Source of the DNA: an uncultured archaeon
GTDB taxonomy: Archaea > Thermoproteota > Nitrososphaeria > Nitrososphaerales > Gagatemarchaeaceae
DNA length: 64,000 bases
Direction: 5' to 3'
Assembly (NCBI GenBank): GCA_963799775.1
Contig: CAWCYD010000003.1
Coordinates: 448,001 to 512,000 of the forward strand
Shown: positions 11,769 to 22,633 of the stretch, in pieces
Position numbering within the stretch: position 1 is the stretch's first letter
Layout of the letters: every line of letters begins with the position of its first letter
Program-made: the position numbers and the translations under genes
Notes under the pieces: model-generated
Databases searched by the model: none
What the model was told of the DNA's origin: nothing
What the model saw: only the letters and a program-made list of their open reading frames with translations

Positions 11769-13205
11769 TCAGTAGGCTTTCGCGAGGTAGGCCAGCTCGA
11801 CGCCCCTCTCGCCGCACCACGTGCACGTCTCGGCGTGGCTCTCCCGGATGTCGGCGCGGCGCCCGCGCACCTCGTAGCCCACGGTCTCCGCCTTGATCTC
11901 CGCCGCGCATTCCTCTCTCCCGCAGAAGGTGAACTTGATGAACCCACCCGTCTCCCTCGTCTGCCTCAAGAGGTCGTCCTTGGTCGAGGCCTCGTGGATG
12001 TTGGAGTTCAACCACTCCCACGCCTTGGTCGAGAGGGCGGCGAGGATCTCCTTCTCCAGGGACGCCAGCCTTGCGACCACCTGGTCTTCGGGGACGCTCT
12101 CCCGCTTCCTGGTGTCCCGCCGCGTGAGCGTCAGGCACCTTCGCTTCGGCCTCCTTGGGGCCTATCTCAACCCTGACCGGAGCCCCGAGCATCTCCCACC
12201 TGTAGAACTTCTCCCCGGCAGTCTCAGAGCCGTCGTCGATCTTCACCCTGAAGCCCGCGTCGCCGATCCTCTTCGCAAGCGTACGAGCGTATTCCAGAAG
12301 GGCTGGTTCGTTCCTGATGGGGATGACCACGACCTGGACGCTGGCCGCCTTGAACGGGAGCACCAACCCGTACTCGTCGCCATGGACGGAGACCACCAAG
12401 GCTGCGATCCTCGAGACGCCCGGTCCGAAGCAGGTCGACTCGGGGACGGCTCTCTCGCCCTGGGGAGAGAGGAAGGAGACCTGGAACGGCTTTGTGAAAC
12501 GCTGGCCTAGCAGATGGGTGGTCGCGGACTGGAGCACCTGCTTGTCGGGGAGCGGGACGTCATAGGCGAGACTCCTCTCCGCGCCCGGGAACCTGTCGAA
12601 AGGCTCCCTTTCGATGGTGAGGAAAGGCAACCCGAACTCCTCGAAGGTCTTCTTCGTTATCTCGAGGCTGCCTCGAGGAGCTGGGACTCCGCCTCTTTCC
12701 TCGACGAGAACACGTCGTGCGACTCGATCCAAAGGAACTCCCTCCCCCTGAAGAGAGGGCGGGTCGCCTTCGTCTCGTGCCGGTAAACGGCGCACGACTG
12801 GAACGCCTTGAAAGGCAGGTCGCGATAGCTCCTGATCCACAGGGCGTACATGGGGTAGATGGCCGTCTCCGACGTCGGCCTGATGAACAGCCTGTCTTCT
12901 TCGGACGACCCGTCTTCTGTCTCGACGAAGAACACCTCCTTCTCGAAACCCTTCACGTGGTCCTTCTCGACGAGGAGGTTCTTGTAGGAGATGAGGAGGG
13001 GGAAGAGCATCACCTTGTGCCCCGTCGCGAGAAGGTTCCTCTCGAGCGTCTCGTAGATCTCTCGGACGATGTGCATCAGGTTTGGCCTGTAGACGACGAA
13101 TCCTTTGACGCCGTATCTCACATCGGCGAGTTCCGCTTTCTCGGACACCTGGTCGTACCACTCGCCGAACCTCTGAAACTTGTCCGGCAGGGGGGCCTTC
13201 GCCAA
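11769..13205 (-). CDS. proS: Proline--tRNA ligase (archaeal/eukaryotic type); frameshifts
   Basis: IRPTSETAIY, YRHETKATRPLFRGREFLWIESH, HGDEYGLVLP and a C-terminal Cys cluster ending LAKAY. Confidence 0.95.
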
Positions 13206-13265
13206 TTGGTTACTTGCGCCCGCGCCTGAATACGAGATTTAAGGCTTCGGCGGCGGATCGACGCG

Positions 13266-13886
13266 TCACATGCCCAGAAGGGTGGTCGCTATCACGGTCG
13301 CGCCGATGACGATGAAGACTATGATTGACAGGTACTTTATCCTCTTCGGAGAGAGGATCCGACCCAGCCTGTTGCCGAGGGCGGTCTCCACGGCGACCGC
13401 ACCGACGAGGCCGATGACAGCTCCCGCGAAGACGACGAGTGCGTCCTGGAACCGCGCTAGGAAGACCACGGTGACGAGCTCGGTCGCGTCTCCTGCCAGG
13501 TCGAGGGCGATCAGGGTGATCACGGCCGGGACGAAGATCGACCAGGCGCTCCTCCCACCGTGCCCCAGGATCTTCTTCTCCCTCTTCTCGACGTCTTGTT
13601 CCTCTTGAGAGGAACGGAAGTACTCGAACCCCGCGTAGCCCAGCATGATCGCTCCGCCGACCAACTTTATCGCGTAGACGGGAACCAGCTCTATGAGCAC
13701 CGATCCGACGCCCACGATTATGGCGGTCGATATCGCGAAAGCGACAGTCCCTGCCGCAAAGACCAGTGTCGGCTTTGTGCGCGTCGCGAGCGCGAGGAGG
13801 AACAGGGCGTCCTTGTCGGTAAGTTCGGTGACGAACAGGGTGGCTATCGTGGTGAAGAGCGCTGCGAGGATCATTCCCTGGTCCAT
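13266..13886 (-). CDS. TMEM165/GDT1 (UPF0016) Ca2+/Mn2+ transporter
   Basis: Repeated E-x-G-D-K-like motifs (ELTDKD, DLAGDAT) and about six TM helices. Confidence 0.8.
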   Translation of the reverse strand: MDQGMILAALFTTIATLFVTELTDKDALFLLALATRTKPTLVFAAGTVAFAISTAIIVGVGSVLIELVPVYAIKLVGGAIMLGYAGFEYFRSSQEEQDVEKREKKILGHGGRSAWSIFVPAVITLIALDLAGDATELVTVVFLARFQDALVVFAGAVIGLVGAVAVETALGNRLGRILSPKRIKYLSIIVFIVIGATVIATTLLGM

Positions 13887-14023
13887 CAGCCCGTCGCTCC
13901 AATTGGTCTAGGAAGGACGACTCTCTTCAAAGGAGGGTGCTTCGAGGCGGACCTCGAGCCGCCACCGCGTAAAGGCTTTCGCGCCCGCCTAAGGAAAGGT
14001 GATATCTGGCACAGAAAGCTGCC

Positions 14024-14912
14024 ATGACGAGATACCGCGTGTCGCAGCTCCTCATCGGGTTCCAGGGTGAGCACGGCGCCTACAGCGAGGAGGCGATCTT
14101 CAAGCAGTTCGGAAGAGACGTGAAGACCCTGCCGACCGTGAGCATCCACGAGGTGTTCAACCTCACCGAGGCCGGGGCTGTCGACCTCGGGGTCGTGCCT
14201 ATCGAGAACTCCGTGGAGGGGAGCATCAACGAGACCTACGACATGCTCCTCTCGTCCAACCTCACCGTGGTGGGAGAGGTCGTCCTGCGCGTCGTGCACT
14301 GCCTCATCGCCCTCCCCGCGGCGAAGCTCGCCTCGCTGAAGGTGGTGTACTCCCACCCTCAGGCGCTCGCCCAGTGCAGGAACTTCGTGACTTCGCTAGG
14401 CATCGAGCCGATAGTGACCTACGACACAGCGGGCAGCGTCAAGATGATAAAGGAAAAGCGAATGCAGGGGGCCGCTGCTATCGCTGGCGAGAGGGCCGCC
14501 GAGATCTATGGCCTCAAGGTCCATCAAGAAGGGCATCGAGGACTACGCTACCAACTCCACGAGATTCCTGATAATCTCAAGGCAGCCGAAGGGACCCCGA
14601 CGTCCGAACAAGCCTGCAGACCCGAAGGGCGGGGTCAGCCGCGGCAGCAAGACCTCTCTGATCTTCTCTCTCGCACACACCCCGGGCTCCCTTTACAACG
14701 CGCTGGAGGTATTCGCCAGGGAGGGGATCAACCTCACGAAGATCGAGTCGAGGCCCACGAAAGAGCGCCCCTGGGAATACTACTTCTTCGTGGACTTTGA
14801 GGGCCACAGGCAGGACCCCAAGGTCCTCAACGTCCTCTCCGAGCTTGCGAAGAAGACGGTGTTCCTGAAGGTGCTCGGTTCCTATCCTAGGAACAGGGCT
14901 GACAAGCTCTGA
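14024..14912 (+). CDS. pheA: Prephenate dehydratase with ACT domain; frameshift near 14520
   Basis: FQGEHGAYSE, VPIENSVEG, YSHPQALAQC, NSTRF and INLTKIESRP. Confidence 0.93.
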
Positions 14913-14959
14913 CGTACTCTCCGTCGAACGGTGACTCGCTCTCCGCCCTCGCTGAGGAG

Positions 14960-15490
14960 GTGAGGGCGTGCACGTTGTGCCCGCTTTCTCAAAGCCGGAC
15001 CCACGCCGTGCCTGGCGAAGGCGACCCACGTCCCAGTGTCGTGATAATCGGGGAAGGACCTGGCAGGAACGAGGACATTCAGGGCAGGCCGTTCGTCGGA
15101 GCCGCCGGCAAACGACTAGAGTCGCTGCTCGCCGATGCCGGGCTGGTTCGCGAAAATGTCTTCATAACCAACATCGTGAAGTGCCGCCCCCCAGGAAACA
15201 GGCGACCCACAGCGGCCGAGGTCGAGGCTTGCCGACCATATCTGGACAGACAGCTCGCCCTCTTGAGCCCGAGAGTGGTGGTTCTCCTCGGCGACAGCGC
15301 GCTGAAGACCTTCCTTCCGAGCGAGACCCTCTCAAAAGCGCACGGCAAGCTGTTCGAGAGAGGGCGCTTCGCTGTCTTTCCGACCTATCATCCGGCCGCG
15401 ATGATCTACAACAGGTCGCTCGAGAAGACTACCAGCGACGACTTCAAGGCACTAGGGAAGCTTCTGGCTTCCTTCGAAGAGACACGTTGA
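14960..15490 (+). CDS. udg: Family 4 uracil-DNA glycosylase (Fe-S)
   Basis: CTLC, IGEGPG, GRPFVG, VKCRPP and TYHPAA. Confidence 0.92.
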   Translation: MRACTLCPLSQSRTHAVPGEGDPRPSVVIIGEGPGRNEDIQGRPFVGAAGKRLESLLADAGLVRENVFITNIVKCRPPGNRRPTAAEVEACRPYLDRQLALLSPRVVVLLGDSALKTFLPSETLSKAHGKLFERGRFAVFPTYHPAAMIYNRSLEKTTSDDFKALGKLLASFEETR

Positions 15491-15501
15491 CCTGACTGTC
15501 G

Positions 15502-16098
15502 CTATTTCTTTGGCCGGACGAGCAGGAACGCGGCGAGGAGCAGGAGGACCAATCCGATCCCGAGCCCGGCGATCGTGTTGCGCTTGCCCACCTCGTAAAG
15601 AGCGGCGGGGGACGCGACGAGGAGGACGACCACGATGACGTTCATCTTGTCAAGCTCCTGCAGCTTGACCGAGGGGAGTATCGCGAAGCTGAAGAAGATG
15701 AGCAGAGCTGGGAATATGAGCGGAAACCTGCCGTCAAGGACGTTGACGACCATGTTCACCGGGTTGCCTCCGGCCGCGTAGAGACCGCATATCAGCGCCA
15801 GCACGAACGATATGCCAGCGATCCACTGCAATCGCTCGCTGAGTGCTACCGCCGACGCCCGCCTGGTTTCCGGCGAGGAAGCGTCGAAATCGAGCACGGC
15901 GGCGAAGGCTACCGCCGCAAAGCCAAGGAGGAACACGTAGGGGTTCTGAGTGACCTCCAGGTACACCGACTGGGGCAGCACGGCCGAGAAGCCGGTGCCG
16001 AACCAGAGGTATAGCGCGTAGAAGAAGTTGAGAGCGAAAGGGGCGACGTAGAGCAGAAACGCCACGTCTCCGTACTTCTGCTGCTGCCCGGCGCTCAA
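15502..16098 (-). CDS. Hypothetical multi-pass membrane protein
   Basis: About six hydrophobic segments; host-like codon use. Confidence 0.7.
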   Translation of the reverse strand: MSAGQQQKYGDVAFLLYVAPFALNFFYALYLWFGTGFSAVLPQSVYLEVTQNPYVFLLGFAAVAFAAVLDFDASSPETRRASAVALSERLQWIAGISFVLALICGLYAAGGNPVNMVVNVLDGRFPLIFPALLIFFSFAILPSVKLQELDKMNVIVVVLLVASPAALYEVGKRNTIAGLGIGLVLLLLAAFLLVRPKK

Positions 16099-16144
16099 GG
16101 ATGTCTCCCCGCGCGCCTAAAGCCGGGTTAAAACTCTTCTCAAT

Positions 16145-16930
16145 CTAGGGGACGGAATCGGCCAGCTTCCTTCCGAACACGAGATACGCCGTGTGGCCGA
16201 CCATGAACGAAGAGGGCCGCGTCATGCCGACCCTGGCCTCTATGTTTCGCATGATGAGCTCGAGCGTCTCGGTGGCCGTGAAACCTTCGTCGTGGAGCGT
16301 CTGGACGAGCCTCTCGGCCTGGTTCATCGTCGGACAGATCGCCGCGAGCATCGCCGAAGGCGCGAGCGCCTCCTTGACAGGCTTGACGAGCTCCCACGGG
16401 TCGCCCATGTCGAGAAGGGCGGCGTCAAGGTCCCTCTCCTCGACGCCGAGCTTTGCGTCCTGGCTCTTCAGCGTGACGTGCTTGTCGAGTCCGAAGCGTT
16501 CAAGGTTTCGCTTCGCACCTCCTTGAAACTCTGGATTGACGTCATAGCTGTAGACATGCCCCTCGGGGGCCACCGAGAAGGCCATGGCGGCGGTCGCGGC
16601 CCCGCTACCTGTGCCAGCCTCGAAGACCCTGCTCCCAGAGTGGATCCCACACTTGACAATGATCATCGCGATGTCCTTGGGGTAGATGACCTGCGTCGTC
16701 CTGGTGAACTTCATGACGATGTCCTCGAGGGTGGGCTTGAGTATGGTCAGCTCGTCGTTGAGCGTGGTTAGGCCACGTATCCCATAGTCCTTCCCCACCA
16801 GCGAGGTCAGGTCCAGGATGCCCAGGTGGGTGTGCAGCTTCGGAGTCTCTGAGGGGCGGACCAGCCACTTCCTCCTCTTGTCCCGGTAGACGAGAATGAA
16901 GGAATCCTCTCTGATCTTCTCGGCAGGCAT
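16145..16930 (-). CDS. trmI: tRNA (adenine-N1)-methyltransferase
   Basis: TQVIYPKD, EAGTGSG, LDMGDPW and HTAYLVF. Confidence 0.93.
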   Translation of the reverse strand: MPAEKIREDSFILVYRDKRRKWLVRPSETPKLHTHLGILDLTSLVGKDYGIRGLTTLNDELTILKPTLEDIVMKFTRTTQVIYPKDIAMIIVKCGIHSGSRVFEAGTGSGAATAAMAFSVAPEGHVYSYDVNPEFQGGAKRNLERFGLDKHVTLKSQDAKLGVEERDLDAALLDMGDPWELVKPVKEALAPSAMLAAICPTMNQAERLVQTLHDEGFTATETLELIMRNIEARVGMTRPSSFMVGHTAYLVFGRKLADSVP

Positions 16931-16956
16931 CTTCTCGGCCGCCTCCCGTGGCTTTG

Positions 16957-18186
16957 TTAACTCTTTGGTCCATGCGCGATGGAGCCAACTTGCCTGGCAT
17001 CTGCTCCTGGGATCACCGTAGTCGTGGGTTTCCCGTTCACCGCTTCACATGCAGGCCCTTCCGCCCCTTCCTTTACAGGAGGAGGCAGGGAACTGGCAAG
17101 CCTTGACAGCCCCCTATCCGCCAGATTGTCCACCGCGTTGCCGTCGCGGTGGACCCATGCCTCGCATCTCGAGCACCAGAGGTGTCTCCTGTGCCTGAGG
17201 TCTTTTCTTTCCGGTCTGCGGAGCTTCTCCCCACATGTTGAATGGATAGATGAAGACCCTCTGGTCTCTCCCCTTGTCAGCTTAACGACGGCCACTCCCT
17301 TGGTCGCCGCCTTGTAGCCCAGCATCTCGTAGGATTTTCTGTGAGGCCACGTGTTCATCCTGAACCTATAGTCTCTACCTTTTCCGTTCCCCTTCCGGTA
17401 CATCTTGTTGATGCCTGTGATGTCCTCGAGCGCGATCGCAGCTCCGGTCGACCTCGCCTCCTCGACGATCTGGTTCGTCGCGCGGTGGAGCATCTGATTG
17501 GTCCTGTCGTTCGCCTTCTTCCAGTACTTTTGCGCGAGCCTTCTCCGTATCCGCACGTCGTCTCTCTTGAAGGAGCCCAGAATCTCTCGTGTCGTCTGCT
17601 TCACTTTCACTATTCTTGAAAGGTCGATTTGCTCGAACCCTTCCCGGTTGCCGTACGTTAGGTTCTTCTCGTTCCTGTCCACGCCGAGGACTCGCCTCGT
17701 CTCGATCGGTTCGACCTCGGTCGAGTAGCATATTGCGATCCTGTCCTCCGTGATCGTCATGCTCCTCATCTTGATGCCGGGCAGGGAGACTTTGGAGAAG
17801 GCATACCTGTTGAGCTGCACCATCTCAAATCTCTCATGACCCAGGGAGACGAAGAGCTTGCCTGTTACCGTTACGAAGAATCCTCTGACTATGCATGCGG
17901 CGAGCTTCAGCGGCTTCCGATATCTGACTCGGATGCCTCTCTTCTCGCTCTTCCTTCTGCTCCTGAGGACGGCGCATGCGCGAGTGATCACTGCGACCTT
18001 GAAAGACGACGGGAGGTCTACGTCGCGGATCGATCGGTAGAACCCTTTCATCTGCCTCCTGTTATTGATACGGTTACTCTCAGCGTACTGGATCGCGCTG
18101 TATGTCAGTGTCCTGCATTGAGAGAGGATGTTGCGAAGGCGATAGCTATCGTGGGGCTGCCATACAGATAGCGTCCCGATGGGCAC
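16957..18186 (-). mobile_element. tnpB: TnpB RNA-guided nuclease (IS200/IS605 superfamily), no transposase; copy 1
   Basis: RuvC-I LGVDRN, RuvC-II ALEDI, zinc finger HSTC...CSRC, RuvC-III HRDGNA. Confidence 0.9.
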
Positions 18187-18375
18187 GAGTTACCATGATT
18201 CTGGACTAGATAAGCGCCCATGCCCAGCCTCCTCTGGCGATGAGCCGAGGAGTTGACAAACTTCCTCCCATTAACGTTTATATGAGTTGCAGGTATATTA
18301 GCGAATAATAGGCGAATCAGAACCGATTCTTCCTAGAACCTTTCCCTAGTCTCTATTCCCTCTTTTATCTCTCGA

Positions 18376-18594
18376 ATGTCTATCAATGAACGGCTCCTAA
18401 GAATCAGCCAAGTTGCTGTCCTTCTGAACGTAGGAAAGTCCACCGTCTGGAAATGGACGAAGGAGGGCAGGATCATGTCGGTCAGGCTCCCTGCTGCTCA
18501 GGGCTCGAAGAGGGCTGGGGCCATCCGGATACCTTCGACCGAGGTCTTCAGGCTGCTCGAGGGGAAGGACCCGAAGGCAATGCAGGGGTTCTAG
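18376..18594 (+). CDS. Excisionase-like/MerR-type HTH protein
   Basis: LLRISQVAVLLNVGKSTVWKWTKEGRI...IRIP pattern. Confidence 0.8.
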   Translation: MSINERLLRISQVAVLLNVGKSTVWKWTKEGRIMSVRLPAAQGSKRAGAIRIPSTEVFRLLEGKDPKAMQGF

Positions 18595-18597
18595 GGG

Positions 18598-18897
18598 GTG
18601 TCTTCGATGGAGCCCACTTCACCCGAGGGCGAAGTCCTTGATATCGTGACCCTGTCCAGCAAAGGCCAGCTCGCTCTCCCTGTCGAGGTCAGGGAGCGGA
18701 TGGGCCTGTCCAAGGGAGCCAGGCTCATGGTGATCCTCGCAAAGGATGGCAAGTCGGTCATTCTGAGGACCGTCAGCATCGAAGAGGTGGCCAAGTCTCA
18801 CATGTGGTACCTTTCCAATGCCCGCCGTCGTCCTGGCCCTGCCAAGAAGCAAGAGCCTATCCTTGACTCAAGGCCACAGGTAGAGAGCAATGGCTGA
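18598..18897 (+). CDS. AbrB/MazE/SpoVT-family DNA-binding protein
   Basis: VTLSSKGQLALPVEVRERMGLSKG. Confidence 0.85.
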   Translation: MSSMEPTSPEGEVLDIVTLSSKGQLALPVEVRERMGLSKGARLMVILAKDGKSVILRTVSIEEVAKSHMWYLSNARRRPGPAKKQEPILDSRPQVESNG

Positions 18898-19174
18898 ATC
18901 GAAATAATTTCAGATTACGTATAGCCGCGCTTCGCGCTTACGTAGATAAAGAGAGATTATAGGAAAGCGAAAAAGAGAGAAGCTGTCGCCTATATTACCG
19001 GAGTCCATCAACCAAGTCACCGGGCTGCCAAGATCAGGGCGAAAGAGGCCCGGGGGGTCCAGGCTCAGAAGCCCAAGCTGCAGGCTCGGTCGACGGAGGC
19101 ATAGGGCCTAATTCGCCCATTAGGTTATCCCCGGTTGGATAACCTCATAATGCGGACTCCCCTCAGACAGGACG

Positions 19175-19693
19175 TTGGCAGAATCCGCCGAGGTGCCTAA
19201 GCCCCCAAATCCGAAGAAGAGGAGGCTCCCCCTATCCAAACTCCTCATTCTCTACTTCCTCTCGAACCGGGGCTACGACGGAAGCATCCTTCAGCTGAGC
19301 CGAGACATGGGTTACTCGACCGATAGCAGCGTCAACAAGAACCTCAACGATCTCATTCGAGATGGCTACGTAACTGACGGCCCGGTCTACAAGCTCACCC
19401 CGGCTGGCGTGAGGGAAATCCAGTTCAGTAGGCTCCCGGAAGTCTTGTGCTACTTGATCCTTGGCCTCGGCATATCGGTGCTACTCATCTCGGGTGAAGG
19501 CGTTGCCGGTTTCGTTGCGGAGAGGACCGCTTCGCTCTCGACCTTCGGGCTAGGGGTGGCCATCGTAACCATCGGTGTCTTGTTTCTCGGAGCAAAGAAA
19601 CGGGTCTACGATGATTTCCTAGGCCTTAGGAAGCCTCTCTCACATGCAGAGAGCGCCCCTCGCGAGGACAGAGAGCCCGACTCCGCCGGGTAG
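19175..19693 (+). CDS. Winged-helix protein with two C-terminal TM helices
   Basis: HTH-like SILQLSRDMG...LNDLIRDGYV...YKLTPAG, followed by two hydrophobic segments. Confidence 0.7.
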   Translation: MAESAEVPKPPNPKKRRLPLSKLLILYFLSNRGYDGSILQLSRDMGYSTDSSVNKNLNDLIRDGYVTDGPVYKLTPAGVREIQFSRLPEVLCYLILGLGISVLLISGEGVAGFVAERTASLSTFGLGVAIVTIGVLFLGAKKRVYDDFLGLRKPLSHAESAPREDREPDSAG

Positions 19694-20055
19694 AGGTAGA
19701 ACGGCCCCCCTCGCTATAGGTGGCGAGGGGGTGAAAAAATCGACCTGCCAATACCGATATGGGCTCTCTTGATCGGCATAGTCCTTCTCGTTCTCGCGGC
19801 AGTGGCTGCCCCGGTGCTGTCGTTCGGGGTGATCGCTGTCCTCGTAGTGCTTGGAATACTGTGCCTGATCGTCGGAGTGCTCACAGCTCTTAGCTAGCCT
19901 GAGGAGAGGATGCCCTCTCCTCCTTAGGCATGGAAGGTCGGGGCAAAAACAGTTCTCCAGGCTATAGGGAAAGCACGCGTTGGGCCAAAAACGGAGCCCT
20001 TTGTCCATGATTCCAGACTCGTTGCATTATCTCTGAACTCAATACTTGGAAGGCC

Positions 20056-20310
20056 GTGAAGTTGAACAGAAGGCTAGTCCTGATCGTGGTTAGTGTCGCA
20101 GTAGCTTCCGCTCTAGCCACTAGTCTCTGGTACTCGCACGGCGGACCCTCAGACTTGACGACGAGTGTTACGGTACACGCATCGGGCTCTCCGGGGTGCA
20201 TTACGGAGGCTGCAGGAAACTACGGATCGGTCGAGTCATGTACTTTCTCCGACGGGCGTACTATCGATTGCGTGACCGCAGGGCAAGCCTTGAGCTGTTT
20301 TGGGGCATAG
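20056..20310 (+). CDS. Small secreted or membrane-anchored Cys-containing protein
   Basis: N-terminal hydrophobic helix and four Cys; the stop codon lies inside the 24-bp repeat. Confidence 0.6.
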   Translation: MKLNRRLVLIVVSVAVASALATSLWYSHGGPSDLTTSVTVHASGSPGCITEAAGNYGSVESCTFSDGRTIDCVTAGQALSCFGA

Positions 20311-20343
20311 GGCCTAATTCGCCCATTTCCTCCATCCCGCGGC

Positions 20344-20556
20344 TCAATCTTCGTCATCGTCGGTGTCAGGATCCATGCCTCGCTCGACCGCGCAGGCATG
20401 GCAGTAGGCCCGCTCGTCGACTCCGCTCACCAAGTCCCTGCGGCCTTGATGATAGGCACCCACTTTTGGAATCGTCTTTCCGCAGCCCGCGCACGAGGTG
20501 TAGGCGCTCATAGGCGGGTCGGGCATCGAGCTACTGTAAGTCTCTTTCCCGGTCAT
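20344..20556 (-). CDS. Small C4 zinc-finger protein
   Basis: CAGC...CHAC with an acidic tail. Confidence 0.55.
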   Translation of the reverse strand: MTGKETYSSSMPDPPMSAYTSCAGCGKTIPKVGAYHQGRRDLVSGVDERAYCHACAVERGMDPDTDDDED

Positions 20557-21003
20557 CTGGCCCGGCGTCTCGAGCTTCGGCCAGGCTCGAGGCTGCTCAC
20601 CCCTCAGGCTTCAACGCGAGCCAGAAGAGTCAGCGCGACTTTGACCTGCGACGGGACTTTGCTCGAGTCGAACGTCGGGCCTCGAATCCAAGGAGCTCCT
20701 CATGCGACTTGGCCCTCAGGGTGTGGTGCCGGAGGATCCCGTGCTCCTCCAGGCCTAGCAGCTGATCGTTGCTGGCCATCTCCGGCAGGGCGCCTGATAG
20801 AAAGCTCGACTCGCCATGAGATGAGGACTTGGACGGAGGCCTGGCGTGAGGGGATACATCGTCGAAGGCGTCCGGCGGCCCGTCGTCGAATGGAGAGGGC
20901 CTATGTCGTTTGTACTGAATCGGCTGGGAGTCGAAGAAGCTGAAGCTCATCAATGTTCAAAAGAAGGTCAGGTGCAAAAACGGTATCTTCTTTTTGAACG
21001 CTC

Positions 21004-22041
21004 AGGTGTGTCGAATAACTTCACGATCGGCTACTTTCGCGCATCGCTACTCCGCCCGCCTCTCGTCTAGGGGTTCGAGATCCCGACGAACAGGTTGTAG
21101 ACCTGTGCCTTCAGCAGGAGCTCGTTCACCATGTTCTCCCACTTCACCGAGGTTATGTGCTCCCCGAACGTACGCTTGAACGAGGATATCGCCGACTCGA
21201 CCCTCGCCCGCTGACCGTACCCGTGCCTCCTCTTCCACCGCTCCCTGTCCCTCAGCTGCTCCATCACGACGAGCTTCCTGGGCATGCACCCGAGAGAGTG
21301 CACAGAGGCGTCCTTTCGCACCTTGACCACGGGCTCTATCCCTTTCGAGTCCAGGTAGCTGAATATCTCCCTCGAGTCATACGCCCCGTCCGCTATCGCC
21401 CTCGTGACGCTCGCCTTCGACGACGCTCCCTCCACCAGAGGGACGAGCATCCTCCTGTCGTGCACGTCGTCCTTCGTCACCTCCATCGAGAGTATCTTCC
21501 CGGTCTTGACGTCCACGGCCAGGTGGACCTTGATGAAGCCTCGCTTCACCGCCCACATCTGCCTTATCCACTCCCCTCGGTTGGAGACCTTGATCCCGGT
21601 CGAGTCAACCGCTATGGTGACGTCTTCGTCTGGGTCTACGTTCGGGTCCAGCTCTATCTTTACTCGCGATATCCGCCACCACATCGTGGTGTAGTCTGGG
21701 ACCTTGAGCCCTTCCACGTGTCCCGCGAACATCCTGAGGAACCCCTCCAGCTCCCGGTACGGGAGCAGGTAGACGTGGATGGCTGCGAGCATACTCATTA
21801 ACGAGTCTGGATAGCGATATCTCGCTCCTTCCTTCTCCTCGTTGAGCTTCCCTAGTTCTGCGCTCCATCCAGATAAAAAATCGGTATCGAAGAGGAGCTC
21901 TCCCCTCCTCACCAGCGACTCGTTGTACTCCTTCCAGTTGCGCTTCTTCTTCGTGACCACGCCATCATGAGAGGATTCCCTCTCCTCTCATCCACCTGAG
22001 CGAGGGAACCTTGACCAAACGATTAGTTATTCGACACACCT
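21004..22041 (-). mobile_element. IS5-family insertion sequence (transposase 21067-21960)
   Basis: 17-bp TIR AGGTGTGTCGAATAACT / AGTTATTCGACACACCT; 8-bp target duplication GAACGCTC (20996-21003 and 22042-22049); motifs VDSTG, ADGAYD and R..VES. Confidence 0.95.
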
Positions 22042-22087
22042 GAACGCTCGAAAAACTTAACTCTCAGAACGTTGGTTTCTGCCCAGG

Positions 22088-22465
22088 ATGGAAAGAGGAA
22101 CCAAGGCGGCCATTTCGGTGTTCGCCGTTCTGACGGTCGTAGGGTACCTCATCGACAGCAACCTCGTGCTGGATTTCTACTTCGCGACCATCTCAGGCTT
22201 CATCGCCTTCGGGGTAAAGCGAGCCACGGGTTGGAGTTTCACAAAGGCGTCGGCGGTGTGCCTCTTTGGGTCGATGCTCGTCCCATTCTTCGCGCTGCTG
22301 CTTTACTTCCAGTATGTGGCTGGTTTCCCTCCCGCCCAAACGGGCAGTCTTCTATCCGCCTACATGACTTTATTCGTGGTCGAGCGCTTCCCGTCGGTGC
22401 TTGTGGGTATCTTGGGGGGAGTTGTCTCCGACTCGACGCTCGCTGTCTTGGGTCTGTCGCCCTAG
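22088..22465 (+). CDS. Hypothetical membrane protein
   Basis: About four hydrophobic segments. Confidence 0.6.
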   Translation: MERGTKAAISVFAVLTVVGYLIDSNLVLDFYFATISGFIAFGVKRATGWSFTKASAVCLFGSMLVPFFALLLYFQYVAGFPPAQTGSLLSAYMTLFVVERFPSVLVGILGGVVSDSTLAVLGLSP

Positions 22466-22633
22466 GTTTTTCGCGGCCTGAGATATCAGGATGTCTGGCA
22501 GTTGTTGTCCATGCTTGACGGAGGCCTATTTGATTAAAAGTCCGACCGACCCTCGCTCGCCGGCGAAACGCTGACCAAAATCAAGCGCCCGAGCAATGAG
22601 ACGATCCTGTTCGTCGTCTTAGAGTTCGCTGCC

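Larger units (their letters stand above)
19098..20327 (+). repeat. 24-bp perfect direct repeat (19098-19121 and 20304-20327)
   Basis: GGCATAGGGCCTAATTCGCCCATT is present at both positions. Confidence 0.9.

Noticed and set aside
13887-14023. Possible Mn2+ (yybP-ykoY) riboswitch upstream of the TMEM165-family gene
   Set aside because: I could not find the conserved riboswitch motifs.
18376-18594. HTH ORF as the IS607 TnpA of the neighbouring tnpB
   Set aside because: It is on the opposite strand, lacks a serine-recombinase domain, and has no counterpart beside tnpB copy 2.
19731-19746. 12/13 match to the presumptive guide of TnpB copy 2 (GAAAAAATCGACC versus GAAGAAATCGACC)
   Set aside because: Too short, mismatched near the guide start and not extended; compatible with chance.
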